Of a stretch of DNA of 64,000 nt, positions 47,078 through 57,097 are shown one piece after another. This stretch comes from an uncultured virus (IMG/VR IMGVR_UViG_3300044715_000653) (Duplodnaviria > Heunggongvirae > Uroviricota > Caudoviricetes). Numbering within the stretch: the first letter of the stretch is position 1; every line of letters starts with the position of its first letter. The DNA lies in IMG/VR virus record IMGVR_UViG_3300044715_000653; one strand, written 5' to 3'. Made by a program: the position numbers and the translations under genes. The notes below the pieces were generated by a model. It did no database searches. It was not told the origin of the DNA and worked only from the letters and a program-made list of their open reading frames with translations.

Positions 47078-47500
47078 TTAACTACGTGTTTTAAAATAAA
47101 TATTTTTGTCCGCGCCACTGGCGTAGAATAAAGGTAATGGTGGTTGAGCAGTTTCATCTAAGCCAAGTATAATAGGTGCAAGTTTAAAGTCATCTTTGAG
47201 TATACCGTATCTATCGTGATTGAATGCATAGACATCTTCTCGCTCAACTGCAAAGTCAAACGACCAAATATTATGTGTACCGGTATAGTTAATACCAAAT
47301 GAGTACTCGGCTACATCATCAGTGACCACAGATAGATAATTAAATTCCATTAACTGTGCTCGCAAACTTAATAACTGGTTTATTGTTTCCCAATTTCGTT
47401 GTTGATTGCGTTGTTTTTGATTTTCTGCCGATTGTGTTAGTACGTTAGTTTCGGTTATATCTATTAAGGTATATGCGTAATATCGATACAATGTTTCCAT
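47078..47500 (-). CDS. conserved phage protein
   Basis: Start ATG 47500 after TATAAATA (47506-47513); TLIDIT, RNQQRNWET. Confidence 0.65.
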   Translation of the reverse strand: METLYRYYAYTLIDITETNVLTQSAENQKQRNQQRNWETINQLLSLRAQLMEFNYLSVVTDDVAEYSFGINYTGTHNIWSFDFAVEREDVYAFNHDRYGILKDDFKLAPIILGLDETAQPPLPLFYASGADKNIYFKTRS

Positions 47501-47518
47501 AGCAATATTTATAGTCGT

Positions 47519-47549
47519 AAAAAAAGGCAGTAATAAAACTGCCTCTTTT
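47519..47549 (-). terminator. intrinsic terminator
   Basis: AGGCAG stem followed by a U tract on the minus strand. Confidence 0.75.
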
Positions 47550-47564
47550 AATTTACACATTATA

Positions 47565-47882
47565 TTAGAATGTGTATGATGCCACTGTTGTAGTTGCTAC
47601 TGCCGCTGCCAGCAATGTTTGTAATTCACCTGCTGTTTTGTTTGCGCCTGAAATAGCTACACGGAAAGCGTCACCGCCTGGTGTACCTAAAAGTTCAATT
47701 GAACCCACTGTTTCGATTGCACGTACTAATTTTTCAAAGTCGCTATCGATTGCTGAATAATTTGTATGTACACCTGTCAATCCCACAGTGTAAAATGTTA
47801 ATTCACGACCTGTTACTAATGTTTGTCCTACTGAGCCAATTGGAAATGCTCCGCCTTTTGCTCTTGTTAAATCTGTAGCCAT
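47565..47882 (-). CDS. small virion/decoration-like protein, paralogue 1
   Basis: Strong RBS, late promoter, terminator; similar to 47996..48364. Confidence 0.65.
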   Translation of the reverse strand: MATDLTRAKGGAFPIGSVGQTLVTGRELTFYTVGLTGVHTNYSAIDSDFEKLVRAIETVGSIELLGTPGGDAFRVAISGANKTAGELQTLLAAAVATTTVASYTF

Positions 47883-47952
47883 TTTATTTCTCCTAATTTG
47901 TCACGCTAGTTGCGTATAATAGTATTTAGCATAATTTAAGAATACTAGCCAC

Positions 47953-47975
47953 AAAAAAGCACTCCGAAGAGTGCT
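47953..47975 (-). terminator. intrinsic terminator
   Basis: AGCACTC-UUCG-GAGTGCT plus U tract. Confidence 0.85.
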
Positions 47976-47995
47976 ATTTGTTGTTTAATTAATAA

Positions 47996-48364
47996 TTAAA
48001 CTGCAACTACTGCTGCTGTTAAGATAGCAAGTTTAGTTGCGGTAACTGTTGCATTTGAAACATCAACGCCGCCGGTGTTTGTAAGAAGACGGATTGATGC
48101 TTGCAATGTTATACCACCTTGTGGAGTGAACAAGTCACCTTCGATTGCAAAAGTTTGTTGTGTATCACCATCAGCTAATGGGCCAATAGCAACGATTGTG
48201 TGCAATGTTTGGATTGTGTTTAATACTAATTGTTGTGTTTCACCTGGACCATCTGAACCTGATACGTCATTGATGTAGTCAACTGTGAAAAAGCTAATAT
48301 TACGACCTACTTGTTCAACGTTTAAGGTTGTTGATGCTGGATTTATTGCTGCTGGTGTAGCCAT
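47996..48364 (-). CDS. small virion/decoration-like protein, paralogue 2
   Basis: GRNISFFTV versus GRELTFYTV in paralogue 1. Confidence 0.65.
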   Translation of the reverse strand: MATPAAINPASTTLNVEQVGRNISFFTVDYINDVSGSDGPGETQQLVLNTIQTLHTIVAIGPLADGDTQQTFAIEGDLFTPQGGITLQASIRLLTNTGGVDVSNATVTATKLAILTAAVVAV

Positions 48365-48448
48365 GTTATTTCTCCTAATTTATGTTACGCTTTCGCGCAT
48401 ACTTTTATTTATCATCTGCATAAAAATTCTATGCAATAATGTTTGTTT

Positions 48449-49705
48449 TTAGTCACGTCGTAGTGCGTTAGTTCTGCTGAATTCAAGCCTATCGACTAGC
48501 TTAACTGCACCACCGTCATGCCCTATAGCAACAAAGCCTTCTGGTGCAGTTACTTTATAACCGTCGTTGGTTTTTTGGAATGTGCCGATGCTGTCTACCT
48601 GTTGTAGTTTACGCATTAACGCATGTTTAAGTTCAATAACTCGTTTATAAGTAGCCAGTATTGCTAACAAGTTGTTGGCGTTATCTGCTACCCATTGTTC
48701 TTTTTCTTTAATCTTTACTAAACGAGCCTGTGCCGCACGGCCTGCAATTCCGCCGGATAGGTTTTCAATGCCCTTCATTAGTTCGTCGTTGTAGTAATTA
48801 ACAAACTTTTGTAAGAACTGCAATGGCTCGCCCACTTGTGCGCCTTGTCTAACCATTTGATTAATGAATGGTTTGATACTGCGAGCAAAGTCTTTATTAT
48901 TTAGAATAATATCAAAGCGGTCCTGACCAATTTTGGCCATTGTTGCCTGTGCGGCTGCAATTTGCTTTTGTATTTTAGCATTTTCACTCGGAGTTAAACT
49001 AGCAATACCTGTATAATCTTTATAAGTTGCATCATCGAACCATACTGCCGACGTTTGAGTTAACCCACTCACGTTCACACCATAGTTTGCTGACATTGCA
49101 TCCAGTGAATCGCCTTCATAGCTAGTGTGGAATATAATGCCAAGTTTAGCCTTGGCAATACGTTGCCCTAATTGGCTGTTAACTGGTACGGCATAGGTAA
49201 TTGTATTTGGTGTAAACACATAACAATCTTCATTGTTAATAGCCACTATGCTGATATCACCTTCTGTAAACATTAGGTCGCCCTGTACTACACCGCCGAT
49301 ACCCAACTTACTCAGATACTTCAATGATGCTAGTAGTTTAGCTGCAAGCTCTGGCTGTGGTGCATACCATTTTTCAACGTCTTTAGCTGTTTTACAACGT
49401 TTCGGTTCACCTTTAGCAAACACTGATTTAGTACCAACAAAGAATTTACTATCACTAGGGTCAATGCCGCAGATAATTGCTGGACTGCCGTCCCATTTAA
49501 CTGTTAGTTGTGTAGTAGTGCCTGTGCCTTCTGCCAACATCACACGTAGACTTTCTACATAATCCAATGCCGCAAGTGCACCTGCATAGCCACTGTTAAA
49601 GATTAAGTCTTCTAGATGCTCAAGGTGTGGATTTACTGCTTTTGCACCAGCGGCTTCAGCAAGTAACCATTGCGGAGTTTGTTTTTTTATTTCAAATAAT
49701 TTCAT
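48449..49705 (-). CDS. conserved T4-like protein with ligase-type nucleotidyltransferase motifs
   Basis: HLEHLED, TVKWDG, QGDLMF, PEGFV, AVKLVDR. Confidence 0.6.
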   Translation of the reverse strand: MKLFEIKKQTPQWLLAEAAGAKAVNPHLEHLEDLIFNSGYAGALAALDYVESLRVMLAEGTGTTTQLTVKWDGSPAIICGIDPSDSKFFVGTKSVFAKGEPKRCKTAKDVEKWYAPQPELAAKLLASLKYLSKLGIGGVVQGDLMFTEGDISIVAINNEDCYVFTPNTITYAVPVNSQLGQRIAKAKLGIIFHTSYEGDSLDAMSANYGVNVSGLTQTSAVWFDDATYKDYTGIASLTPSENAKIQKQIAAAQATMAKIGQDRFDIILNNKDFARSIKPFINQMVRQGAQVGEPLQFLQKFVNYYNDELMKGIENLSGGIAGRAAQARLVKIKEKEQWVADNANNLLAILATYKRVIELKHALMRKLQQVDSIGTFQKTNDGYKVTAPEGFVAIGHDGGAVKLVDRLEFSRTNALRRD

Positions 49706-50250
49706 TATGCTTGGGTAGCTTTAAGTTTATCAATAATTGCTTTATCACCAGGTTTATTAGGATCTAATTGTTGTCCGCCTATGCTGTATGGTTCATTGGC
49801 TGCAGGTGTCGATGGAGGTGCAGCGACTGGTGCGCCAGTTACTATTACTCCTTGTTGTTGTAATTCTTGAGCAACGTTTCTAATTGCTTCTCTACGTCGT
49901 GTTAGGTCTGCGTATTCACCTTGTTTTGGAATACGTTTTCCTATATCACTCATTGATATAGATCCTTGACGGTCTGCTTGTTGTTTTATTATAGCTATAA
50001 ATCTTGCTCGTTTTGCATCAGTTGCAGCAGCTGCTTTGTCTGCGGCTGAAACTCGATTAGCATTAGGTTTTCTAATTTTAGTCTGACGAACTCCAGTAGC
50101 AAGAGCATTGGCATTTGCGTATGCATCTACTGCATCTGCTCCTTGAGTTGCACCTGCACCCCTAAGGAACGAACCTAACGCACTTCTAGATTGAGTGGGT
50201 GTTGTTGTTCCTGTTAATTTTACTTCGGCTAAAATTTCATTAATCTTCAT
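49705..50250 (-). CDS. basic Ala-rich probable internal head protein
   Basis: MKINEILAE start. Confidence 0.6.
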   Translation of the reverse strand: MKINEILAEVKLTGTTTPTQSRSALGSFLRGAGATQGADAVDAYANANALATGVRQTKIRKPNANRVSAADKAAAATDAKRARFIAIIKQQADRQGSISMSDIGKRIPKQGEYADLTRRREAIRNVAQELQQQGVIVTGAPVAAPPSTPAANEPYSIGGQQLDPNKPGDKAIIDKLKATQA

Positions 50251-50488
50251 CTTTTAATTTCCTAATACCACGGCTGAATTTTGCAGGGTCTTGTCCTTTG
50301 ATTGCATTAAGTAAGCGGCGTTCTAGCTCGCCTGCTTGCTCGGTATCATAGTTTTCACGGATGTGATTAATGAGGTTAATAGCACCATTAATGATGTTAT
50401 TAGCTCTACTTTCAATCAGATTTGCTTTATCCTTGTGTGCTAATAACTCATCTAGCTCGGTAAGGATACTACGTGTACGCTTTTGCAA
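50240..50488 (-). CDS. conserved hypothetical late protein
   Basis: TTG start after TAAATA; TRSILTEL. Confidence 0.65.
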   Translation of the reverse strand: MQKRTRSILTELDELLAHKDKANLIESRANNIINGAINLINHIRENYDTEQAGELERRLLNAIKGQDPAKFSRGIRKLKDED

Positions 50489-50572
50489 AGTTCTACTCCA
50501 GTTTAAAGTATTTATGTGTCTTTGTAATTAATTTTATTTCTTTAAGTTTAGCATAAGATAAGTAAAATTACA

Positions 50573-51046
50573 ATGCACAATGAAGAGATTATAAAATTTG
50601 TCATCGAATTTAAAAGTGAATACTGGGATTTACCTCCAGGTGTTACTATATTCGTAGACGATACAGTTAAATTTGATGGGTTATTAACTGAAGTCGACAC
50701 TGCTGTAAGTTTTGTTCATACTTTAACATTCGATCAACCGCACCAACTGGCGATTAAACGTTATAATAAAGATGATACCCAATGCCAGCATGATGCTGAT
50801 GGCACAGTAAGAGATCAACTGCTAACACTTACTCGAATTATAATCGACGGTATAGATATTAAAAATATAATTCAAACTCATAGTTTTAACGAACCTATAT
50901 ATCCCGAACCCTGGGCCAGTGAACAACAACAAATGGGTATTATACTGGACAAATTAATCATAGCAGAAACTTGCTTTGGGCATAATGGCACGTGGAGATT
51001 AAATTTTACATCTCCATTTTATAAATTTTTATATAAATCAATGTAA
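50573..51046 (+). CDS. hypothetical protein
   Basis: 157-aa AT-rich ORF. Confidence 0.6.
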   Translation: MHNEEIIKFVIEFKSEYWDLPPGVTIFVDDTVKFDGLLTEVDTAVSFVHTLTFDQPHQLAIKRYNKDDTQCQHDADGTVRDQLLTLTRIIIDGIDIKNIIQTHSFNEPIYPEPWASEQQQMGIILDKLIIAETCFGHNGTWRLNFTSPFYKFLYKSM

Positions 51047-51059
51047 GGTATTGTGTAAT

Positions 51060-51887
51060 ATGACTTGGTCGATAGATAATGTAACTAAAAAATTAATTCC
51101 AATCGAAGACGAATTTTTGCACAATCTCAAAGTTGATTGGTTTAGTCAATCACATCAGGTGGTCAACTATGCACAATTTATTCCCTTGGCTGATGAGTGG
51201 TTTCACTCATCTAAACTTAATGATTTACAAGGTTGGGATAAATTTCCCTGTGTAGATGTAATCATGGGTTGTACTCATTTCATTGAATCGTTTGTGCTCA
51301 AGTATGGGTGGGACGGAATGCAAATTCTACCCGGCGAATATTCGTATTATAGTCTAGTAGGTGGCAAACACGGCACTGAATTAGGTGAGCTTGCGCCCAA
51401 TATTCCTTTAATAATTTCAATTCCACACTGGAGATCTGCAGACATACGCACAGAATGGCCTGCGTTATTAAAAGAATGTGAACTTAAAAACATTGATATA
51501 CATATTGATTTCGCATGGATTACTTCAGCTAGAGATATTAATATAGATGTAGGGCACCCCTGTATTAAATCATTTGGTATGAGTATCAGCAAGTATGCTC
51601 TACAATGGAACAGAGTAGGATTGCGCTGGAGTCGTCAACGTACTGCCGATGCAATAACTATGTTTAATCATTATTACGGTGATGTGAACACCAATTTAAC
51701 TTCGTGCGGAGCATTTATGATTAATAATATTCCTAGAGATTATGCATGGGATACCTACGGTACTGCACATTATGATTTATGCAGGACATTAGATTTAAAT
51801 CCGTCTAAATTAGCACATGTTGTCCATGCTAAAGATTATTCATCAGTATTGGGTATAGGCCAAATGTTAAGTAAATTTAATCCTTAG
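51060..51887 (+). CDS. PLP-dependent transferase-like protein
   Basis: HIDFAW, MSISK, RVGLR pattern of fold-type I enzymes. Confidence 0.5.
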   Translation: MTWSIDNVTKKLIPIEDEFLHNLKVDWFSQSHQVVNYAQFIPLADEWFHSSKLNDLQGWDKFPCVDVIMGCTHFIESFVLKYGWDGMQILPGEYSYYSLVGGKHGTELGELAPNIPLIISIPHWRSADIRTEWPALLKECELKNIDIHIDFAWITSARDINIDVGHPCIKSFGMSISKYALQWNRVGLRWSRQRTADAITMFNHYYGDVNTNLTSCGAFMINNIPRDYAWDTYGTAHYDLCRTLDLNPSKLAHVVHAKDYSSVLGIGQMLSKFNP

Positions 51888-52458
51888 TCCATATAGCATA
51901 TAACGAATACCTATTATGGTCTTTGGGCACAGGAGTATCGAGATAATGCATTATACCCAGTTGATTATCCTGCAAATATCCAGAATTTTCTTTATAGTCC
52001 GCTGATATAATAGTATTATTATATTCAAACTTTGTACCTAAATCTTCAGTACCACCAAATAAATAAATTTGAATTGCTAGATCAATTAATGCACGATCTT
52101 TGTGTCGTTCGATTGTATATCCTTCTTGATCTTTCCAAATAGTTATACCAAGAAATTTATTAGACCGATTGAATTGTCGATTTAATTCAGCGGTTAAATT
52201 TTTCATAACAATATGTACTTCCTCGATTACTGTATCTGCTACCCAATTAATTTTCAATCTATTTTTAGTTGCTTGATACGGTTCAATCTGCCACGCTAAA
52301 TCGGTATTAATAATATAATCATTTAGTTTAGATAGTAATATCGGATGTAAAAAAGATTCTAGAAGGAATAAACCGGGAGATACAGTTGTTGTTTTATTCA
52401 ATAGGCGATTTGTTGAATAAACGATACTTTCGTTAATTAATGTAAAATCAAGCGGCAT
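51877..52458 (-). CDS. 2OG-Fe(II) oxygenase
   Basis: HKD, QIYL, GT, distal H, RYSLY. Confidence 0.75.
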   Translation of the reverse strand: MPLDFTLINESIVYSTNRLLNKTTTVSPGLFLLESFLHPILLSKLNDYIINTDLAWQIEPYQATKNRLKINWVADTVIEEVHIVMKNLTAELNRQFNRSNKFLGITIWKDQEGYTIERHKDRALIDLAIQIYLFGGTEDLGTKFEYNNTIISADYKENSGYLQDNQLGIMHYLDTPVPKDHNRYSLYAIWTKD

Positions 52459-52461
52459 AGT

Positions 52462-53466
52462 TTACCCATTAATTCCACAATTATCATTACAACAAATTAA
52501 TTTACCTTCTTTGAAAGACGTTTTTTTCCAGGATTCCTCGACTGCGTTAAACCATCCAATACATTCTTCTAGTGTGTAGACTAATGCATTGTTATTTTTA
52601 ATCATTGGTGCAAGCTGTGAATTAACTGCTTCGAGATATTCCCCATGTCCATATGTTTTTGGGCTGAAGCCGGTCCAGCAACAGGGATAGACTTCCCCAG
52701 TTGAACTAACATAAATCGATTTATTCTTTTTAGTAAAACAGTCTAAATTAGATTTTACTGTACTGACAATATCTTCTACTAGTACCATATTTGTACGTTT
52801 TTTATGAAAGTTTACTTCAAAAGATGTTTCACCTTGGTGCTTGCCCATGACATGTAATAATTTTCCATGTTTATCATAAACAGGGCCAAAATTTCTACCG
52901 TGGTCAAATAGATCAAATTTATCAAACTTTAGCTCTTTTGATAATTCTTCGCAGGCGGCGATCTGATGCTCGTTATGATCAAACTTAATCATTTTCCAAA
53001 TCGCCGAGCCGCCGGCATCTATGAAAATTTTAGCGTTATGTAAGATAGTTTTCCAACTGGTATTTTGTCTATATAGATGATGAGTATCTTCTAATCCGTC
53101 TAGACAAAATGAAATAATTGTTTTTGATTTAGCCAATCGTTGCCAAAATTCTTTGTCTCTAGCTGAACCATTAGTGCTTATTTCTACTACTAGTCTTGAA
53201 TTATGTGATTTAAAATATTCAACTATTTCAGGAGTTTCAGGATTCATAACGGCATCGCCAAAATTACCATTAATCATTAGATGGCGTAATTGACCTATAA
53301 ATTCTGGTGTGAATATACGTTTACAAGATTCTAGTGTTAAATTAGTTTCAATGTAGCCATCATTGTAAGGGTATCCCCGAAAATTACGAGGACACTCAGG
53401 GCAACGTGCATTGCACAGCGACGAAATTTCTAAATGAATAGATCGTATTTCTGAAAGATGTATCAT
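52462..53466 (-). CDS. radical SAM/SPASM protein
   Basis: CNARCPEC; GEVYPCCW; C-terminal CCNDNC. Confidence 0.85.
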   Translation of the reverse strand: MIHLSEIRSIHLEISSLCNARCPECPRNFRGYPYNDGYIETNLTLESCKRIFTPEFIGQLRHLMINGNFGDAVMNPETPEIVEYFKSHNSRLVVEISTNGSARDKEFWQRLAKSKTIISFCLDGLEDTHHLYRQNTSWKTILHNAKIFIDAGGSAIWKMIKFDHNEHQIAACEELSKELKFDKFDLFDHGRNFGPVYDKHGKLLHVMGKHQGETSFEVNFHKKRTNMVLVEDIVSTVKSNLDCFTKKNKSIYVSSTGEVYPCCWTGFSPKTYGHGEYLEAVNSQLAPMIKNNNALVYTLEECIGWFNAVEESWKKTSFKEGKLICCNDNCGING

Positions 53467-54872
53467 TCGTTACTATTCTTTAGACTAGCAAGCATACCTT
53501 TAAGTTTGCTACTATCAACTGTAGCATTAATTTTTGGCATATTTGTAATTTCACCCGTTTCTTTATTAACTGTTGATGTTGATTTAATGTTGTTTAATAC
53601 GTTGTTGATATTGCGACTAGCACCATTACCATCACCTGTAGTTTCTTCACCCTCATCTGTAATGCGCATAGTTTCAATATTATATGTTAGATCCACTTTA
53701 TGTCCTACACCAGTACTACTACGCGATTTCATACATTGTAATTGATATCTGCCACGTTCTTTCATAGCACGACTTGTAAAGATACCAAACACATTATCTG
53801 CTGTGTTGATCTTACTAATACCACCAGCAATATGGCTATGGTCAAATTCAATTTCTTCTACCGCACTACGATTAAGTTGCGAAGCTGTTACCAGCAATAC
53901 ATTAAGTTCTTTGGCTAAGTTACGTAGTTCTTCAGCTACATATTTGTCTTTGATAAACTGGTCATTTGGATTAACTTTAATCGATACAGGCATTACTAAA
54001 TCCAAGTAATCTACCATAACAAAATCAACTTTAATACCTGTTTGTATCTGTACTTCTTTTAAATAACTGCGTATGTCATTTACGTTGCTCTGTGCAGGGA
54101 ATCCTTTAACACGATACTGTCCAGACTTTTTACCCACCATCTTAACTTTAAGTTCAGTTGTTTCAATATCTTTGCGGATGTCTTTTGTACTCATGCCAGT
54201 AAGCATAGCATCTGTACGCAACGAACATAGTTCTTCACTAAGTTCTAATGTTACATATACACCACTAAGTCCAGCTTGTAACCAGCTAAGTGCAATGTTC
54301 ATCATAACCAAAGATTTACCCGAACCAGATCCGCCTGCAAAGATATTAAGTTCACCTCGACTAAAGCCACCGTATAGTATCTTATCCATTTGTGGCCAAC
54401 CAGTACTTACCTGTCCGCCACTGTTAAAGTATTTGTCAATACGAGCACGAGGATCTTCAAAGTATTCTGTACCCATGTCTTTGGTAAGTGATATTTGTAC
54501 AGCATCTTTAATTAGTTTTTCAACTGGGTCATACTCGCCTTTTTCCAACATATCAGCTGCCGCAAGAATCGCACGTTCAAGTTCATTACGTTTAGTAAAA
54601 CCCTCGAACTCTGTCATAAACCAACTGTAGTGATCTTCAGTTAGGTTAGGTACATGTTTAAGCACAACAGTAGTCACTGCCTGTACTTGATCAATAGTGG
54701 GTAGTGTTCTATATTCGTCGCTGTGCTGTTTAATAAATTTAGCGGCTTCACGTAAACTTCTATCAAAGTTTTCGGGATTATAGATGTTTTGTACCCGCAC
54801 ATAACTCTGCGGATCTTGTAGCATCATTTCTAAAAATAACTGTTGTAGGTCTGTTGAATATTCTTTGCTCAT
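53463..54872 (-). CDS. replicative DnaB-like helicase (gp41-like)
   Basis: GGSGSGKS Walker A, VDYLD, TASQLNR, KSR. Confidence 0.93.
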   Translation of the reverse strand: MSKEYSTDLQQLFLEMMLQDPQSYVRVQNIYNPENFDRSLREAAKFIKQHSDEYRTLPTIDQVQAVTTVVLKHVPNLTEDHYSWFMTEFEGFTKRNELERAILAAADMLEKGEYDPVEKLIKDAVQISLTKDMGTEYFEDPRARIDKYFNSGGQVSTGWPQMDKILYGGFSRGELNIFAGGSGSGKSLVMMNIALSWLQAGLSGVYVTLELSEELCSLRTDAMLTGMSTKDIRKDIETTELKVKMVGKKSGQYRVKGFPAQSNVNDIRSYLKEVQIQTGIKVDFVMVDYLDLVMPVSIKVNPNDQFIKDKYVAEELRNLAKELNVLLVTASQLNRSAVEEIEFDHSHIAGGISKINTADNVFGIFTSRAMKERGRYQLQCMKSRSSTGVGHKVDLTYNIETMRITDEGEETTGDGNGASRNINNVLNNIKSTSTVNKETGEITNMPKINATVDSSKLKGMLASLKNSNE

Positions 54873-54875
54873 ATA

Positions 54876-55910
54876 TTAATTATATAGCCTTTTTCTTAAT
54901 AGTTCAATTTTTAACTTGCTCGATTCTTTAGCATCAATAATAGTTTTAAGCACAAATAGCTTGCCGTACTTAACTACAGCATCACTAATATCTTTACAGT
55001 CTAGATCTTCTTGCCAAACTGGAAAGCTAACACTCCAACCATATTTAACAGCCGCATCGACAAGTTTAGCACCGCTTTTATCTGCATCAGCAACAACAAT
55101 AACTTCACGCCCAAGTGCATCAATAATGTCTGCTTGTTGTTCTGCTACTTCATTGCCCAGTACCGCTACACCATCTACGGCCATAGCATCAAATGGTCCT
55201 TCACAGACAATAACAAACTTCCAATCACGCTGTTGATTGTTAGTATTGAACACAAAGTTAGGTTCATAGTGACTGTAATACTTGGGTTTTACTCCATCAG
55301 TAAACGCACGACTTGTGTAGCCGATAGTCTTACCTTCCCAAATCATAGGAATGATTACACGTTGATGTAGGCTATGTTCTGTTGAGTCAGTCCAATAAAA
55401 GTCATACTTGGTATGGTCAATCTTACGAGCCTTGATGTAATCAACTGCTGAATTTAGTAGTGTAGGAACATTATTAAAGTCATCTAATATGTGATGTGTA
55501 AGTAGCTGTTGGAAACTAAGTGCATCTTTAGGTAATTCACGAACCTTAAACTCAATCTTTTCTTCTGGTTCGTCTTTTACCTGTTCCGGTGCTACTAGGT
55601 CTTTGATACGAATAGCTTCAATTACTAAGCGTTTAACATCGCTATCACCTGCGCCCATCCAGGATAATAGTTTACGAAACTTAAATGTTAAGTGCCTACC
55701 CGGTTGATAGCTGGCTTTGAAGTTACAGTTAAAACAGTGATATGATACACTACCATCTGCGTTAGCAGTTAAGCCACCACGACCTCTAGTATCTGCTGAG
55801 TCACCGTTGTGTATACAGCAAGGTGCATTAAAGCTAATCCAACCGCTGGGAGTTGTTTTACGCTTTGCAGGTAAAATACTTTTAATGAAATCAGAGATGA
55901 TGTTCAGCAT
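54876..55910 (-). CDS. DNA primase (gp61-like)
   Basis: Zn finger (CC...HCFNC), TOPRIM EGPFD and DAD. Confidence 0.88.
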   Translation of the reverse strand: MLNIISDFIKSILPAKRKTTPSGWISFNAPCCIHNGDSADTRGRGGLTANADGSVSYHCFNCNFKASYQPGRHLTFKFRKLLSWMGAGDSDVKRLVIEAIRIKDLVAPEQVKDEPEEKIEFKVRELPKDALSFQQLLTHHILDDFNNVPTLLNSAVDYIKARKIDHTKYDFYWTDSTEHSLHQRVIIPMIWEGKTIGYTSRAFTDGVKPKYYSHYEPNFVFNTNNQQRDWKFVIVCEGPFDAMAVDGVAVLGNEVAEQQADIIDALGREVIVVADADKSGAKLVDAAVKYGWSVSFPVWQEDLDCKDISDAVVKYGKLFVLKTIIDAKESSKLKIELLRKRLYN

Positions 55911-55931
55911 ATAGTTATTATATACTAAATC

Positions 55932-56603
55932 TTAGCGTAAGTCAAATAATATTATTTCAGATTTAGCTGTAGGTGCGATAGTAAGCTGTGTTTCTTGCCT
56001 AAATGCGTAGCCATCGCCTTCTATACTAGCTTGCCCGTTAATTGTAGCAGTACCGCTGACTATATAAAGGTAGTATCTACGCTGTGGATTAAGTGTAAAT
56101 TCATAGTCTTCAGTAAAAATTCCACTGTAGAACTTGGCATCTTGGTGTATAGGTAGTACACTGGTTACGTCAAAGAATTTGTTATCACGATCCTGTTCAG
56201 TAAAGGTATAGTTACTGTAGTTGGGTTCAGTATCTTTTACTGCGGTGTCAATCCAAATCTGTATGTAACGATTAGGAACATCGCTGGCATTGCCTTCTGT
56301 GTGCCAAATGCCCGTGCCATTGCTCATGCGCTGTACACTACCAGCGGCTACATCAAAGTCGTTGCCTAGGTTGTCTACATGTCGACATTTTCCTTCAATT
56401 ACATAGCCAAAGATTTCCATGTTTTGATGTAAGTGGCGTGGAACATGATTGTTGGGCTGAACACGATCATCGTTGATAACCTGTAGATCACTGTACTGCA
56501 TATAACGAAAATCTAAATAACTGTTGTTACTGAATGTTCTGTGGGTTTCTATCCAACCATCATCTCGATGAGCACGGGTATTAGAGGGTCTATGGGTAAT
56601 CAT
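55932..56603 (-). CDS. pirin-family bicupin
   Basis: RTFS, VINDD, HLHQNMEI, GTGIWHTE, QIWI; start ATG 56603. Confidence 0.9.
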   Translation of the reverse strand: MITHRPSNTRAHRDDGWIETHRTFSNNSYLDFRYMQYSDLQVINDDRVQPNNHVPRHLHQNMEIFGYVIEGKCRHVDNLGNDFDVAAGSVQRMSNGTGIWHTEGNASDVPNRYIQIWIDTAVKDTEPNYSNYTFTEQDRDNKFFDVTSVLPIHQDAKFYSGIFTEDYEFTLNPQRRYYLYIVSGTATINGQASIEGDGYAFRQETQLTIAPTAKSEIILFDLR

Positions 56604-56608
56604 ACAGA

Positions 56609-56641
56609 TATTTATAGGGCTAGCATACGTCACTATAAATA
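56609..56641. promoter_or_regulatory. back-to-back late promoters
   Basis: TATTTATAG...CTATAAATA inverted pair between divergent genes. Confidence 0.65.
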
Positions 56642-56647
56642 AAACAC

Positions 56648-57097
56648 ATGGATATACACGCAGATCGAGACTACTGGATTAATTTAACTTGGCCAGCGGC
56701 ACCTAATCAAGATGATTATAAGGTGTTTGCTAGCTATTGTCAAGGTCGAGTATTGCTGTTAGGCAGTACTCGATTGCTATTACCGTTGTGTACAGAAGCG
56801 TGGGACTTAGAACCTAAGTACGATGATGCTAAGATTAAAAACAAGGACTGGTTTAGTTTAGATTCTCATTGGGACACAGTTATCGTGGATGGCGCACTAG
56901 CATTTGGTCAAGAATATTGCGAGCAGTTGTTGAAGACAGTTTTGCCCTACTGTGATAGATTAGTTGCACGTGCTTTTCTTAATCCCAACTGGCCTACAAA
57001 GTATGCTTGTTATTACCCTAGAGCAGACGAGCTAACCCCTACGCCAGAAGAACATACAATCAACAAAGTTTATACATTTTATATATGGAACAAATAA
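56648..57097 (+). CDS. hypothetical protein, possibly a degenerate methyltransferase fold
   Basis: VLLLGST, WDLEP, WDTVIVDG. Confidence 0.5.
   Translation: MDIHADRDYWINLTWPAAPNQDDYKVFASYCQGRVLLLGSTRLLLPLCTEAWDLEPKYDDAKIKNKDWFSLDSHWDTVIVDGALAFGQEYCEQLLKTVLPYCDRLVARAFLNPNWPTKYACYYPRADELTPTPEEHTINKVYTFYIWNK

Noticed and set aside
47958..47976. CIRCE-like inverted repeat (AGCACTC...GAGTGCTA)
   Set aside because: The spacer is 4 nt (UUCG loop), not 9; it has a U tract and follows a stop codon far from the chaperone genes, so it is a terminator
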